Origin: Candidatus Latescibacterota bacterium
GTDB taxonomy: Bacteria > Latescibacterota > UBA2968
Length of the DNA: 64,000 nucleotides
Direction: 5' to 3'
Assembly: GCA_965205975.1 (NCBI GenBank)
Contig: OZ242195.1
Location: 2,432,001 to 2,496,000, forward strand
The notes beneath the pieces are model-generated. The model searched no databases. It worked only from the letters and a program-made list of their open reading frames with translations, and had not been told where the DNA came from. The translations under genes were made by a program, and so were the position numbers. Numbering within the stretch: position 1 is the stretch's first letter; every line of letters starts with the position of its first letter. Positions 30,565 through 39,862 of the stretch are shown here, piece by piece.

Positions 30565-31449
30565 TCACCTTATTCCCACTGCAATGCGATGCGAATCGCC
30601 CAAACCATGCGATGCAGGCACAAAAGCGTAATCCACCCGCCAGTTGCGCCGCGTGATCCCCAATCCAAACGACAACATACGCGTATCGTGCCCGGTTTGA
30701 ATCCCACCGCGCAAAAACAACCTGTCCATCACCCCGTATTCCAAACCAAAATTTGCCCCTCTGTTGCCAGCTGCTGGCAGACGAAAATCGGCTGTTGCTA
30801 TCCACGGGCGCCAGGACCACGCCGCCCCTACGCGAAACACCCGGGGCAAAGGGATGCGCTCTCGGTCTAACTGTGCCATCCGTCCCAAATTTCGATACGC
30901 CGCCCCCAGCATCACGTTCTCAGACAAGCGGTACAATACCCCTCCATCTACACTCATCCCCCACGCACTCTCTGGCCCGATATTTTCATGCAATGCCCGA
31001 ACTGAAAACCCCACATAAATTCGCTGCCCTATCCTCTGTGCATAAGACAGTCCTGCATTGAGATCGTAAACGCTAAACGTGCCCGCAGGCGTCGCGGTCG
31101 GTTCCCGCCGCGCTTCCAATCCACCAACCCCATAAACGCCCAAACTCAGTGCAAGACCGCGTCTATCATTGCCATAAGCCCACCCGCCATACCCCTGCTT
31201 GATCCCCTGGAACGATCGGTGGTGCGCCAGAATAAAATGTTTGCCCTGCATAGCCGCCACACCTGCCGGATTCCAAAACGCCGCAGTCTGTTCACCTACC
31301 ACAGCGGTCTGCGCTTCACCCATCGCAGCAGCACGCGCGCCCACTCCCTCACGCAGCAACACAAAACCAGCCTTGCGTGCCGCAGTACTGGCCTCAGTGG
31401 AAAACAGACAAAATGTCGCAATAAAAATACCGTAAACAACTTGTTTCAC
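30565..31449 (-). CDS. PorV/PorQ-like (UPF0164) outer-membrane beta-barrel protein
   Basis: Signal peptide, GARAAAMGEA...FWNPAG, amphipathic strands, DYAF...LGDSHRI; SD GGAGG before GTG 31449. Confidence 0.8.
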   Translation of the reverse strand: MKQVVYGIFIATFCLFSTEASTAARKAGFVLLREGVGARAAAMGEAQTAVVGEQTAAFWNPAGVAAMQGKHFILAHHRSFQGIKQGYGGWAYGNDRRGLALSLGVYGVGGLEARREPTATPAGTFSVYDLNAGLSYAQRIGQRIYVGFSVRALHENIGPESAWGMSVDGGVLYRLSENVMLGAAYRNLGRMAQLDRERIPLPRVFRVGAAWSWRPWIATADFRLPAAGNRGANFGLEYGVMDRLFLRGGIQTGHDTRMLSFGLGITRRNWRVDYAFVPASHGLGDSHRIAVGIR

Positions 31450-31497
31450 AAAAACCTCCTGCATATGTGTAATACCCAAAACCCAGTGCATTTTACA

Positions 31498-31526
31498 AGA
31501 TTAAGCAAACGGGCAAAATGTGTCAA
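31498..31526 (-). promoter_or_regulatory. Putative sigma70 promoter for the PorV-like gene
   Basis: TTGACA-17 nt-TAATCT. Confidence 0.5.
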
Positions 31527-31561
31527 CCACCCATTAGTAAAATGGACCATCTCAAGCACAA

Positions 31562-31590
31562 TTGACAGTCTCTTATTTCCTGTTTAAATT
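31562..31590 (+). promoter_or_regulatory. Putative sigma70 promoter for the FKBP gene
   Basis: TTGACA-17 nt-TAAATT. Confidence 0.6.
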
Positions 31591-31614
31591 GTGCAGACAC
31601 TCATAGGGGGCACC

Positions 31615-32049
31615 ATGGCACAAGCAGAAATTGGCGATCGCGTATTGATTTATTACAAGGGAATCCTGGAAGACGGAACCATAGCCGAAGGCACACCAGA
31701 GAATGAACCATTTGAATTTACCGTGGGAGACGAATCTGTAAAAGACATATTCACGCGCCTTGTAAATGGCCTGGAAGAAGGCGATTCTCGCACGGTCATC
31801 CTATCCCCAGAAGATGCATTTGGTCCCTATAATCCCGACTTTGTAATCGAAGTCGCGCGATCGAAATTTCCCCCTGATGCACTTCTCGAAAAGGGAATGC
31901 GCATGGAAGTACAGTCCGACCCCACTGGTACACCCATCGAAGTATCGGTAAAAGAAATAACATCCCAAACCGTGACATTAGACGGCAACCATCCCTTTGC
32001 GGGAGAAGAAATTACTATGACGATTCAATTGTTAGAGATCGTGGTTTAG
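31615..32049 (+). CDS. FKBP-type peptidyl-prolyl isomerase (SlyD/SlpA-like)
   Basis: GDRVLIYYKGILEDG, PEDAFG, LDGNHPFAG. Confidence 0.9.
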   Translation: MAQAEIGDRVLIYYKGILEDGTIAEGTPENEPFEFTVGDESVKDIFTRLVNGLEEGDSRTVILSPEDAFGPYNPDFVIEVARSKFPPDALLEKGMRMEVQSDPTGTPIEVSVKEITSQTVTLDGNHPFAGEEITMTIQLLEIVV

Positions 32050-32114
32050 CGGTACGAACGCATTGCCAAAATATAAAAGAAGACCATCCGCAAACCTTCT
32101 GGAGATCTCAAAAC

Positions 32115-33014
32115 ATGTCCTATATCCGCTGTTTCGACAATTACAGTTCCCCTTACTATGTACCTACTGGAAATCTACAGGGCTTGTTTAATGATCTGGC
32201 AGTTCAACCATTTGAAGATCATCCACGCACCACCGCGTGGATAAACCTGGTAAAAAATAAAGACTCCAATTACCATAGAGTGGAAATTCTAGGTCAAGGA
32301 CGGGCCAATTTTAGTGAATGGCATGAGGGGCTTTCTCCAAAAGATAAAGTGGACCTTTATTGTGTCCATTATATGCCTATGCACCTTTTTTCTTCTTATC
32401 ATATTTTCACGCAGTACCTCACCTCCGTAAGCAATAGAGTTGTATTCATTGACTTCGGTTGCGGTCCATTAACTTCAGGTATTGCGTTTTGGGCTTCCGC
32501 AAGACGCAAGAACATCACTTATTTAGGAATTGACAGTTCGCGAGCGATGGTCAATAAGGCAAAGGAAATCAACCGATATGGACCGAATAAAAATAGAGAA
32601 CCTTTCTTCAGGAATTTTCAAGCAATCGCTGACTACCATAAATTGATATCCTTATTGGACTATTATATAAAAAAAGGTGATGAGACACAGATCATATTTA
32701 ACTTCTGTTACTTTCTCGCAAGCAGGACATTAGACATTAGTGGCTTGTCCGAGTGCCTTACCCAAATTGTAGAAAAATATCATCAGCACAAAATGTGCAT
32801 GGTGTATCAGAATCCATGCTACTCACCTTTACATAATAATTGGACATTTCTCAAAGAAAATCTGTCGATGTTTACAAGCAGCGCAACCGAATTAAATATC
32901 GAGTTATGTTATAATGGCTTAATAGATGATTCACTCCACAAGGTCCAGGTCTATTGTGATATTCTATCCAACGACGGTCCATTTAACCTTTCCAACGATC
33001 TATTACCGTTTTAG
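32115..33014 (+). CDS. Hypothetical class I SAM-dependent methyltransferase-like protein
   Basis: VFIDFGCGP (motif I) and YLGIDSS (motif II). Confidence 0.65.
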   Translation: MSYIRCFDNYSSPYYVPTGNLQGLFNDLAVQPFEDHPRTTAWINLVKNKDSNYHRVEILGQGRANFSEWHEGLSPKDKVDLYCVHYMPMHLFSSYHIFTQYLTSVSNRVVFIDFGCGPLTSGIAFWASARRKNITYLGIDSSRAMVNKAKEINRYGPNKNREPFFRNFQAIADYHKLISLLDYYIKKGDETQIIFNFCYFLASRTLDISGLSECLTQIVEKYHQHKMCMVYQNPCYSPLHNNWTFLKENLSMFTSSATELNIELCYNGLIDDSLHKVQVYCDILSNDGPFNLSNDLLPF

Positions 33015-33032
33015 ACCATTGGAGATCTAATC

Positions 33033-33671
33033 ATGTCAGAACAACTCAGCTTCCCCTCTATATCGCTCCAGCCATCTCTATCCCCTCCAAGCAATCAGGA
33101 GGCGATTGATGCAATCGCCGGGCTTGATTACAAAGAAGACTATATCAATGAAATCGAACACGATCAGCTACTCAAACAGATTGACAAACAGCCGTGGCTC
33201 GACGACCTGAAACGGCGGGTTCAGCATTACGGGTATAAGTACGACTACAAAGCGCGGAGGGTAGCCCGTGATATGCGTATTGGTAATGGTAAATTGCCTA
33301 AGTGGCTGGAAGAGTTGTCTGAGAAATTATGGAAAGATAGACACATGCCAAAAATCGCTGATCAGGTGATTGTGAATGAATACATACCGGGGCAAGGGAT
33401 ATCAAGGCATATTGATTGTGAACCTTGTTTTGAGAATACGATTGTTTCTTTAAGTTTGGGATCGGGTTGTTTTATGGATTTCACAAATAAAGATGAAACA
33501 AAAAAAATTTCGGTTTGGCTTGAGCCAAGAAGTATTGTCGTCCTGAAAAATGAAGCGAGATATAAATGGTTGCACGGGATTGCCGCCAGAAAATCGGATA
33601 AGTTGGATGGCTACAAGCATGATCGGCGGCGACGAGTATCGCTAACCTTTAGAAAGGTGATTATAGATTGA
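33033..33671 (+). CDS. AlkB-family 2OG-Fe(II) dioxygenase
   Basis: RRVQHYGYKYDY, IVNEY.PGQGI..HID, SLSLGS, WLHGI, RVSLTFR. Confidence 0.92.
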   Translation: MSEQLSFPSISLQPSLSPPSNQEAIDAIAGLDYKEDYINEIEHDQLLKQIDKQPWLDDLKRRVQHYGYKYDYKARRVARDMRIGNGKLPKWLEELSEKLWKDRHMPKIADQVIVNEYIPGQGISRHIDCEPCFENTIVSLSLGSGCFMDFTNKDETKKISVWLEPRSIVVLKNEARYKWLHGIAARKSDKLDGYKHDRRRRVSLTFRKVIID

Positions 33672-33708
33672 TGCTTGGAAAACCGCTGATTGATTGAAAG
33701 GATGAAAA

Positions 33709-34188
33709 TTGAATTCACAGATTTTGAGTGTATATGCGGATACATCCGTTTTTGGTGGTGCATTCGATGAAGAGTTTCGTCAGGCCAGTCAGTCCTTTTT
33801 CGATATGGTTCGACAAGGACATTTTAACCTATTGACGTCAGTAGTGGTGCAAGAGGAGATCGGATCTGCCCCTGCGGAAGTTGTAACAAACTTTGAACAA
33901 ATGCTCAACTTTGCAGAAATTGTAGAGGTTTCTGAGGAGGTTTTACAACTTCAGCAGGCTTACTTAAATGCGAAAATTGTGACCGAAAAATGGGCAACGG
34001 ACGCCCTACACGTCGCCTTGGCCACTGTAGGAGGCTGCTCAATGATTGTAAGTTGGAATTTCAAACATATCGTACATTTTTCAAAAATTCCGCTATACAA
34101 TGCGGTAAACACACTTTCTGGATACTCAAATATTGCTATCCATTCCCCTCATGAGGCGATCAACTATGAAGACGAAGAAGACATTTGA
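33709..34188 (+). CDS. PIN-domain protein (putative toxin)
   Basis: YADTSVFGG..DEEF, DALHVALA, IVSWNFKHIV. Confidence 0.85.
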   Translation: MNSQILSVYADTSVFGGAFDEEFRQASQSFFDMVRQGHFNLLTSVVVQEEIGSAPAEVVTNFEQMLNFAEIVEVSEEVLQLQQAYLNAKIVTEKWATDALHVALATVGGCSMIVSWNFKHIVHFSKIPLYNAVNTLSGYSNIAIHSPHEAINYEDEEDI

Positions 34189-34345
34189 TTGCGTTGAGAT
34201 GAAACGCCGTGGCGCAGAACGAATCTACAATCAAGTAGCAAACATGACACTCAAAGAACAACTGGCGTTCTGGCGAGAACGTACCGAGTTGCTGCGAAAG
34301 CATCAGCAAACGGTAAAAATGAAAAGCAAGACATCTGTGAATTAA
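34166..34345 (+). CDS. Small protein, putative antitoxin of the PIN toxin
   Basis: 59 aa (MKTKKTFDCVEMKRRGAERIY...EQLAFW) overlapping the PIN gene 3' end; SD GAGG. Confidence 0.7.
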   Translation: MKTKKTFDCVEMKRRGAERIYNQVANMTLKEQLAFWRERTELLRKHQQTVKMKSKTSVN

Positions 34346-34403
34346 ATTCAATGCACTTGATCGACTGAGTGTCACTTACATGGTAGGGGACTGAAAGGGC
34401 TAC

Positions 34404-34681
34404 ATTCGCGATCTGAATCGTAGGGGTGTGGATGAGCTTCCTGATCAAGAAACGGAACAACTGAAAGACTAACTCGAATTTCTAACCTGGAAAGCCAAGG
34501 AGAAGAAATCATCGCCAGAGCAAAGAAAAAAAATCCGACTGCGCAACGCATTATCAAAGCAATGGAAAAACCGCCGTATGTCTCCTGTAAAGACATCGAA
34601 TCACTTCTACAGATAATCAAAGAAGCAAAGCAACCAACAGATTTTGAATCTCCCCCCGAACTATTTTCAGAAACCAGGTAA
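34404..34681 (+). pseudogene. Degenerate small antitoxin-like (DUF2281-like) gene
   Basis: Reads VDELPDQETEQLKD*LEFLTWKAKE..., then shifts frame at an A-run to PTAQRIIKAMEKPP...ETR*. Confidence 0.4.
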
Positions 34682-34687
34682 AACAAC

Positions 34688-35221
34688 ATGTGGCGTCAAT
34701 TGGGAATCATCGCGCTTGGTATCGCGCTATTTGCATGTAGGCCCGATGTTCAATTGGTAAAAGATGGACACGAAGAATACTACGTCTATTGGGATGACGC
34801 TCACAAACGGTATCTCAGACATGGGTTATACCAGTCATTTTACGAAAGTGGTCGCCAGCGATCGGTTGGTAAATACGAACACGATATAAAAGTGGGTGTT
34901 TGGACACACTGGTATGAAAACGGGCAAAAACAAGGTGAAATGGACTGGGTAGATGGCAAGCCCGAAGGCATAGTGACAGAATGGTACAAAAACGGACAGG
35001 AAAAAAATACGGGAACGTGGGAAAATGGTGGGCGACACGGTCTCTCGACCTGGTGGTATGCAAACGGACAAAAAGAAAAAGAAGTGAACTACATAGAAGG
35101 AGAACCCGACGGAATCTGGACGTATTGGGATTCGACGGGTGTAATGACAAAAAAGCAGTACTGGGATCGCGGTGCATTTTTGCGGGTTGAAGAGGAAACG
35201 AATAGACGAATAGACGAATAG
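34688..35221 (+). CDS. MORN-variant repeat (YwqK-like) lipoprotein
   Basis: Lipobox LFAC; repeated G.W..WY.NGQK units. Confidence 0.85.
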   Translation: MWRQLGIIALGIALFACRPDVQLVKDGHEEYYVYWDDAHKRYLRHGLYQSFYESGRQRSVGKYEHDIKVGVWTHWYENGQKQGEMDWVDGKPEGIVTEWYKNGQEKNTGTWENGGRHGLSTWWYANGQKEKEVNYIEGEPDGIWTYWDSTGVMTKKQYWDRGAFLRVEEETNRRIDE

Positions 35222-35244
35222 ACGAACCCCACCCTACCACCCAA
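35196..35244 (+). repeat. 49-bp dispersed repeat, copy 1
   Basis: aaa(cgaataga)x3cgaaccccaccctaccacccaa; exact reverse complement of 43671-43719. Confidence 0.9.
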
Positions 35245-35245
35245 C

Positions 35246-35272
35246 GGGCGGGCACAGGGGCACCGCCCCTAC
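35246..35272 (-). repeat. GTAG-type REP-like palindrome
   Basis: Minus strand GTAGGGGCGGTGCCCCTGTGCCCGCCC: GTAG foot plus GGGCGG/CCGCCC stem. Confidence 0.65.
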
Positions 35273-35354
35273 ATTGATGAACTGCTGACGCAGTTGTACC
35301 CCATTCCGCTCATGAACTACTGGCGCAGTTGTATTTCGCCTGAAAGGATCAAAC

Positions 35355-38120
35355 ATGGCAGCCAAAACCCTGTATTTATTAGACGGCATGGCACTGGTCT
35401 ATCGCGGGCATTTTGCGATGATACGCAATCCGAGGATGACGTCGAAAGGGCTGAACACCTCGACGTTATTCGTTTTTGCCAATACCCTATTGGATATTTT
35501 GGGCAACACAAAACCCTCACATTTGGCCGTGGTCTTCGACACGCCAGAGCCGACATTTCGGGACGAGATATACAAAGAATACAAGGCACAACGGGAAAAA
35601 ATGCCCGAAGACATAAGTGGCGCGCTCCCCTACATCGACCAAATGTGTGAAGCATTCAACGTGCCCGTCATCCGCAAACCGGGTTATGAAGCCGACGACG
35701 TAATTGGCACACTGGCAAAAGAGGCTGAAAAGTCCGGGTTTACAACATATATGGTAACCCCCGATAAAGACTACGCACAACTCGTCTCAAACAAAACATT
35801 CATCAGCAAACCCGGACGCACGGGCGACGGCGCAGAGATTCTGGGTGTGCCAGAAGTGCTAAAACAATGGGAAATTGAGCGCGTGGATCAGGTAATCGAC
35901 ATGCTGGGACTGATGGGTGATTCGAGTGATAATGTGCCGGGCGTACCGGGCATAGGGCCAAAAACCGCACAAAAATTGATCGCGCAATACGGTAGTGTGG
36001 AGGGGTTACTCAATCACGTTGATGAATTGAAAGGCAAACAAAAAGAAAATGTAGAGACATATAGAGAACAGGCATTGTTATCAAAGGAACTGGTCACCAT
36101 CCACCTCAACGTACCGTTGGACTTTGGATTAGATGATCTCGCAGTGAAAACACGAGACGAACAAAAATTGAAAACCCTGTTCGCAGAATTGGAATTCAGC
36201 ACACTGGGCAAACGGCTATTTGGAAATGATTTTAATGTAGATCAGCAACAAATCTCGCTCTTCGGCGATGATACAGCGCCGGAAGGCGTATCAGCACACA
36301 AAACCATAGCAGATGTCGAACATACATACCACCTCGTGGATACGCCGGAAAAGCGCGCAGCATTGATCGAAAAATTGGCGCAGCAAAAGGCGTTTTGTTT
36401 TGACACAGAAACAACAGGGCTAAATCCGAGAACATGTGAATTGCTCGGCCTTGCGTTTTCATTTCAACCGCACACGGGATATTACGTACCAATACCCGAA
36501 GACCCGAATAAAAATAAGGCCGTATTGGAAGAATTCCGCGGAATTTTGGAAAATCCGGACACCGAGAAAATCGGACACAATCTCAAATTTGACTTCGCCG
36601 TATTATTGTGGCAAGGCATCAGGGTTCAAGGACCGTTTTTTGATACCATGCTCGCCGCTTATGTGACCGCACCCGAAATGCGTCGCGGCATGGATGCTCT
36701 ATCGCTATCATTATTGGGTTATGAACCCATTAAAATTGAGTCTTTAATCGGCAAAAAAGAAAAGGGCAAAGAACAAAAAACCCTGCGCGAAGTCCCCCTG
36801 GACAAAGTAGCAGAATATGCAGCCGAAGATGCAGATATTACCTTGCAACTGTCCGAAGTTCTGCGCCCCAAAATCAAAGAAATGGGACAAACGCGCGTAT
36901 TTGAAGACATAGAGTGTCCGCTGGTATCTGTCCTTGCCCAAATGGAATACGAAGGCATTCGCATGGAAGCATCTGTAATCGAGGCGCTTTCGGAAGACCT
37001 GCAGGATGAATTAGTCGCCATTCGAGAACGCATTTACAATCTCGCTGGTGAAACATTTAACCTTAACTCCCCCAAACAATTGGGCGAAATCCTATTTGAC
37101 AAATTAAAACTGGACCCCAATGCGCGGCGGACAGCCCGGACAAAGCAGTATCAAACAGGGGAATCTATTTTGCAACGATTGGCACACAAACACAAAATTG
37201 TAGAACAAATTTTGATGTATCGAACATATTCGAAACTGAAATCCACCTATCTGGATATGTTGCCGGGAACCGTATTTAAAAATACCGGGCGCGTCCACAC
37301 CCACTACGAGCAGGCGGTCACGGCCACCGGGCGGTTGCAATCGCACGGACCGAATCTGCAAAATATTCCCATTCGCACGGAAAAGGGACGCGAAATTCGC
37401 AAAGCCTTTGTACCTCGCAATGAAAATTACACGCTCTTGTCCGCAGACTATTCGCAAATTGAATTGCGCGTAGCGGCGGAACTCAGTCGAGATGAAGAGA
37501 TGCACAGGGCATTTCGAGAAGGCCTGGATATCCATGCGGCAACCGCAATGAAAATTTACGGATTGGACGAACGCGATGTAACCGACGACATGCGCCGGCA
37601 GGCAAAAACTGTAAACTTTGGCATTATTTATGGAATTTCTGCCTTTGGCCTGGCGCAACGCCTGAATATTCCGCGCTATGAAGCCGGTAGATTGATCGAG
37701 CAATATTTTGAGCAATTTCCCGGCGCCCAAAAGTATATGGATGACACCATTGATTTTGCGCGGGAACACGGGTATGTGGAAACCATGACAGGACGCAGGC
37801 GATATTTGCGGGATATACACTCGCGCAATGCCACCACGCGCAAGGGTGCCGAACGCAACGCAATTAACTCGCGGATTCAAGGTTCAGCGGCCGACATGAT
37901 AAAAATTGCCATGCGCCGCGTTCAGGATGCCCTATTTGAACGGGACTTAAAAACGCGCATGTTGCTGCAAGTACACGACGAACTCGTCTTTGACATGCAC
38001 AAAGACGAAGCCGATATCGTGATGCCACTAATCGAAAACGCGATGAAAAATGCCCTGCCAATGTCCGTACCAATTGTGGTAGAAATGGGCATGGGAAATA
38101 CCTGGCTGGCAGCGCATTGA
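35355..38120 (+). CDS. polA: DNA polymerase I
   Basis: 5'-3' exonuclease (EADDVIGTL, GDSSDNVPGVPGIGPKTA), 3'-5' exonuclease (FDTETTG), polymerase motifs (DYSQIELR, AKTVNFGIIYG, QVHDEL). Confidence 0.98.
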   Translation: MAAKTLYLLDGMALVYRGHFAMIRNPRMTSKGLNTSTLFVFANTLLDILGNTKPSHLAVVFDTPEPTFRDEIYKEYKAQREKMPEDISGALPYIDQMCEAFNVPVIRKPGYEADDVIGTLAKEAEKSGFTTYMVTPDKDYAQLVSNKTFISKPGRTGDGAEILGVPEVLKQWEIERVDQVIDMLGLMGDSSDNVPGVPGIGPKTAQKLIAQYGSVEGLLNHVDELKGKQKENVETYREQALLSKELVTIHLNVPLDFGLDDLAVKTRDEQKLKTLFAELEFSTLGKRLFGNDFNVDQQQISLFGDDTAPEGVSAHKTIADVEHTYHLVDTPEKRAALIEKLAQQKAFCFDTETTGLNPRTCELLGLAFSFQPHTGYYVPIPEDPNKNKAVLEEFRGILENPDTEKIGHNLKFDFAVLLWQGIRVQGPFFDTMLAAYVTAPEMRRGMDALSLSLLGYEPIKIESLIGKKEKGKEQKTLREVPLDKVAEYAAEDADITLQLSEVLRPKIKEMGQTRVFEDIECPLVSVLAQMEYEGIRMEASVIEALSEDLQDELVAIRERIYNLAGETFNLNSPKQLGEILFDKLKLDPNARRTARTKQYQTGESILQRLAHKHKIVEQILMYRTYSKLKSTYLDMLPGTVFKNTGRVHTHYEQAVTATGRLQSHGPNLQNIPIRTEKGREIRKAFVPRNENYTLLSADYSQIELRVAAELSRDEEMHRAFREGLDIHAATAMKIYGLDERDVTDDMRRQAKTVNFGIIYGISAFGLAQRLNIPRYEAGRLIEQYFEQFPGAQKYMDDTIDFAREHGYVETMTGRRRYLRDIHSRNATTRKGAERNAINSRIQGSAADMIKIAMRRVQDALFERDLKTRMLLQVHDELVFDMHKDEADIVMPLIENAMKNALPMSVPIVVEMGMGNTWLAAH

Positions 38121-38134
38121 AAAATGGAAAACAC

Positions 38135-38704
38135 ATGTTCAACTGGCTAAAAAAAATATTCGCCCCTCCTATCGAACACCTGCCGCAACTCGAAATGTTT
38201 CGCGATCACCTCAACAACCTGCCCAAAATTCAGCAAATTACTGGTTATGCCACGCGCACCTATCGTTCGGGTGACGAAGCCGCCTGGTGTCGCATCATGG
38301 AAGGCAATGTGGGCAGCAACTGGACAACGGAGAAATGCCGAGCGCAATTAACCAGCGACCCCCGATTCCAGGCTGAAAACCTCTTTTTCATCACCCACAA
38401 CGACGACCCCATAGCCAGCGCGTGTGCCTGGAAAACACCCGCCCAATCGCCGGAAACAGGCGAAGTCCACATGGTCGCCGCACATGCAGACCACCGCGGC
38501 AAAGGACTCGGACATTTGCTCAACGCCCTCGTCCTCCATCGCTTAAAAGATCTGGGCTATCGAAAAGCACATCTCAAAACCGATGACTGGCGCATACCGG
38601 CCATCAAATCCTATCTCGACGCGGGCTTCCACCCCCTCAACACCCACGAAAGCCACCCCGAACGTTGGGAAGCCATCTTCGCCCAGCTAAAAATAAAAAA
38701 ATAA
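38135..38704 (+). CDS. GNAT-family N-acetyltransferase
   Basis: VHMVAAHADHRGKGLG acetyl-CoA motif; AIKSYLDAGF. Confidence 0.88.
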   Translation: MFNWLKKIFAPPIEHLPQLEMFRDHLNNLPKIQQITGYATRTYRSGDEAAWCRIMEGNVGSNWTTEKCRAQLTSDPRFQAENLFFITHNDDPIASACAWKTPAQSPETGEVHMVAAHADHRGKGLGHLLNALVLHRLKDLGYRKAHLKTDDWRIPAIKSYLDAGFHPLNTHESHPERWEAIFAQLKIKK

Positions 38705-38709
38705 CCTCC

Positions 38710-39456
38710 TCACCCCATCAACGCCTTATACCCCATCCCCATCACCTCCTTGACGTATTCCAGCGTGCGTTGTCCTTCAATACGCGCTTTCGAACCGCCC
38801 AAATTCAAAATATTGCGCACCAAATCGGGCTGTTCTTCAAAACCCTTGCGACGTATCCGAAACGGCGTCATAATTTTACTCTGACCGTCCGTATCCTTCA
38901 AGCGCGTGCCATAAACGCCATCGGGAATGGGAAACACCTCGCCATAAATCCGATTAAATCGCGCAGCCACTTCCTGTGCCAATTCAATATGGGGTCTTTG
39001 ATCTGGTCCCACCGGCACATATCGCGGACGAAAAAGCAAAATATCCGCCGCCTGAGACACCGGATATCCCACAAACCCGTAAGGCACCCGATTCCCCAAC
39101 CCCATCTTACCCATCTCTTCCTTAACGGTTGGATTCCGCAACAAACGCGGCAACGTCACCAAATTGGAAAAAATCATAGTTAACTCTGCCAATTGCGGCA
39201 CCTGTGATTGCAAAAAACAAACGCTTTTTTCGGGATCAAATCCCGCCGCCAGATAATCCAGCACCATTTCTCTGACGTGACACTCCAGGTCCTCTGTCCG
39301 ATCCCGGTGCGTCGTCAGCGCCTGATAATCGGCAATCATAAAAAAACACTGAAACTCATCCTGCATCTCAAACCGATTCTTCAACGACCCGACATAATGC
39401 CCCAAATGCATTCTACCCGTCGGGCGGTCCCCTGTTAAAACAATTGTGCGACTCAT
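38710..39456 (-). CDS. trpS: Tryptophanyl-tRNA synthetase paralog with in-frame internal deletion (possible pseudogene)
   Basis: TGDRPTG, HLGH (HIGH motif), YPVSQAADIL, VPVGPDQ. Only 248 aa; KMSKS and most of the anticodon-binding domain are absent. Confidence 0.85.
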   Translation of the reverse strand: MSRTIVLTGDRPTGRMHLGHYVGSLKNRFEMQDEFQCFFMIADYQALTTHRDRTEDLECHVREMVLDYLAAGFDPEKSVCFLQSQVPQLAELTMIFSNLVTLPRLLRNPTVKEEMGKMGLGNRVPYGFVGYPVSQAADILLFRPRYVPVGPDQRPHIELAQEVAARFNRIYGEVFPIPDGVYGTRLKDTDGQSKIMTPFRIRRKGFEEQPDLVRNILNLGGSKARIEGQRTLEYVKEVMGMGYKALMG

Positions 39457-39478
39457 CTCTATTCCTTTCTTTGAACTA

Positions 39479-39646
39479 TTAAAAATCCATAATTTGCAAA
39501 AAAAAACGCGCCACCTTCCGATAGCGCGCGGTGCAAGCAAACAAAGATCGCCAGATATCCGGTGGTGGACATACATCTCCCATTGCGCCTGTCCACCACC
39601 AGCGTCCGCCAATATTAAACAGCTCTGTCATCGCATTCAAAAACAT
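39479..39646 (-). CDS. Trp-rich leader peptide 2 (proximal attenuator)
   Basis: MFLNAMTELFNIGGRWWWTG...; alternative ATG at 39631. The WWW codons (39593-39601) lie in an 11-bp stem arm. Confidence 0.65.
   Translation of the reverse strand: MFLNAMTELFNIGGRWWWTGAMGDVCPPPDIWRSLFACTARYRKVARFFLQIMDF
39498..39528 (-). terminator. Attenuator terminator 2 upstream of trpS
   Basis: CGCGCTATC-GGAA-GGTGGCGCG followed by T9. Confidence 0.8.
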
Positions 39647-39660
39647 CGCATACTGTCCAT

Positions 39661-39692
39661 AAAAAAAACCGCCGTCAAAAGCCGACGGCGGT
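39661..39692 (-). terminator. Attenuator terminator 1 upstream of trpS
   Basis: ACCGCCGTCGG-CTT-TTGACGGCGGT followed by T8. Confidence 0.85.
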
Positions 39693-39723
39693 CAATTCAG
39701 AATTCTCAAATAAATACAATCCG

Positions 39724-39834
39724 TCAGCAAATCCACACAGCAACACACCACCAACCACGGACGGTTTCAGACACACGGGGAGCCAGCACCCTATCGGGCG
39801 TCGCATCAGTCAAAGTGTGATCGTGCATAATCAT
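39724..39834 (-). CDS. Trp-rich leader peptide 1 (distal attenuator)
   Basis: SD GGGAG; MIMHDHTLTDATPDRVLAPRVSETVRGWWCVAVWIC* (36 aa) ending just before terminator 1. Confidence 0.75.
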   Translation of the reverse strand: MIMHDHTLTDATPDRVLAPRVSETVRGWWCVAVWIC

Positions 39835-39862
39835 AACAAACTCCCGTGATATACCGCCGAAG

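Noticed and set aside
34688..35221. YwqK-like protein as antitoxin of the nearby PIN toxin
   Set aside because: It has a lipoprotein signal and would be exported; MORN repeats are generic.
35196..35244. Octamer arrays as a possible CRISPR array
   Set aside because: Units are 8 bp with no unique spacers, and there are no cas genes in the window.
37104..37880. 258-aa minus-strand ORF
   Set aside because: Antisense shadow of polA.
39457..39612. 52-aa N-terminal extension of trpS in the ORF track
   Set aside because: Runs through attenuator hairpins; the family-like start MSRTIVLTG at 39456 has its own SD (AAGGA).
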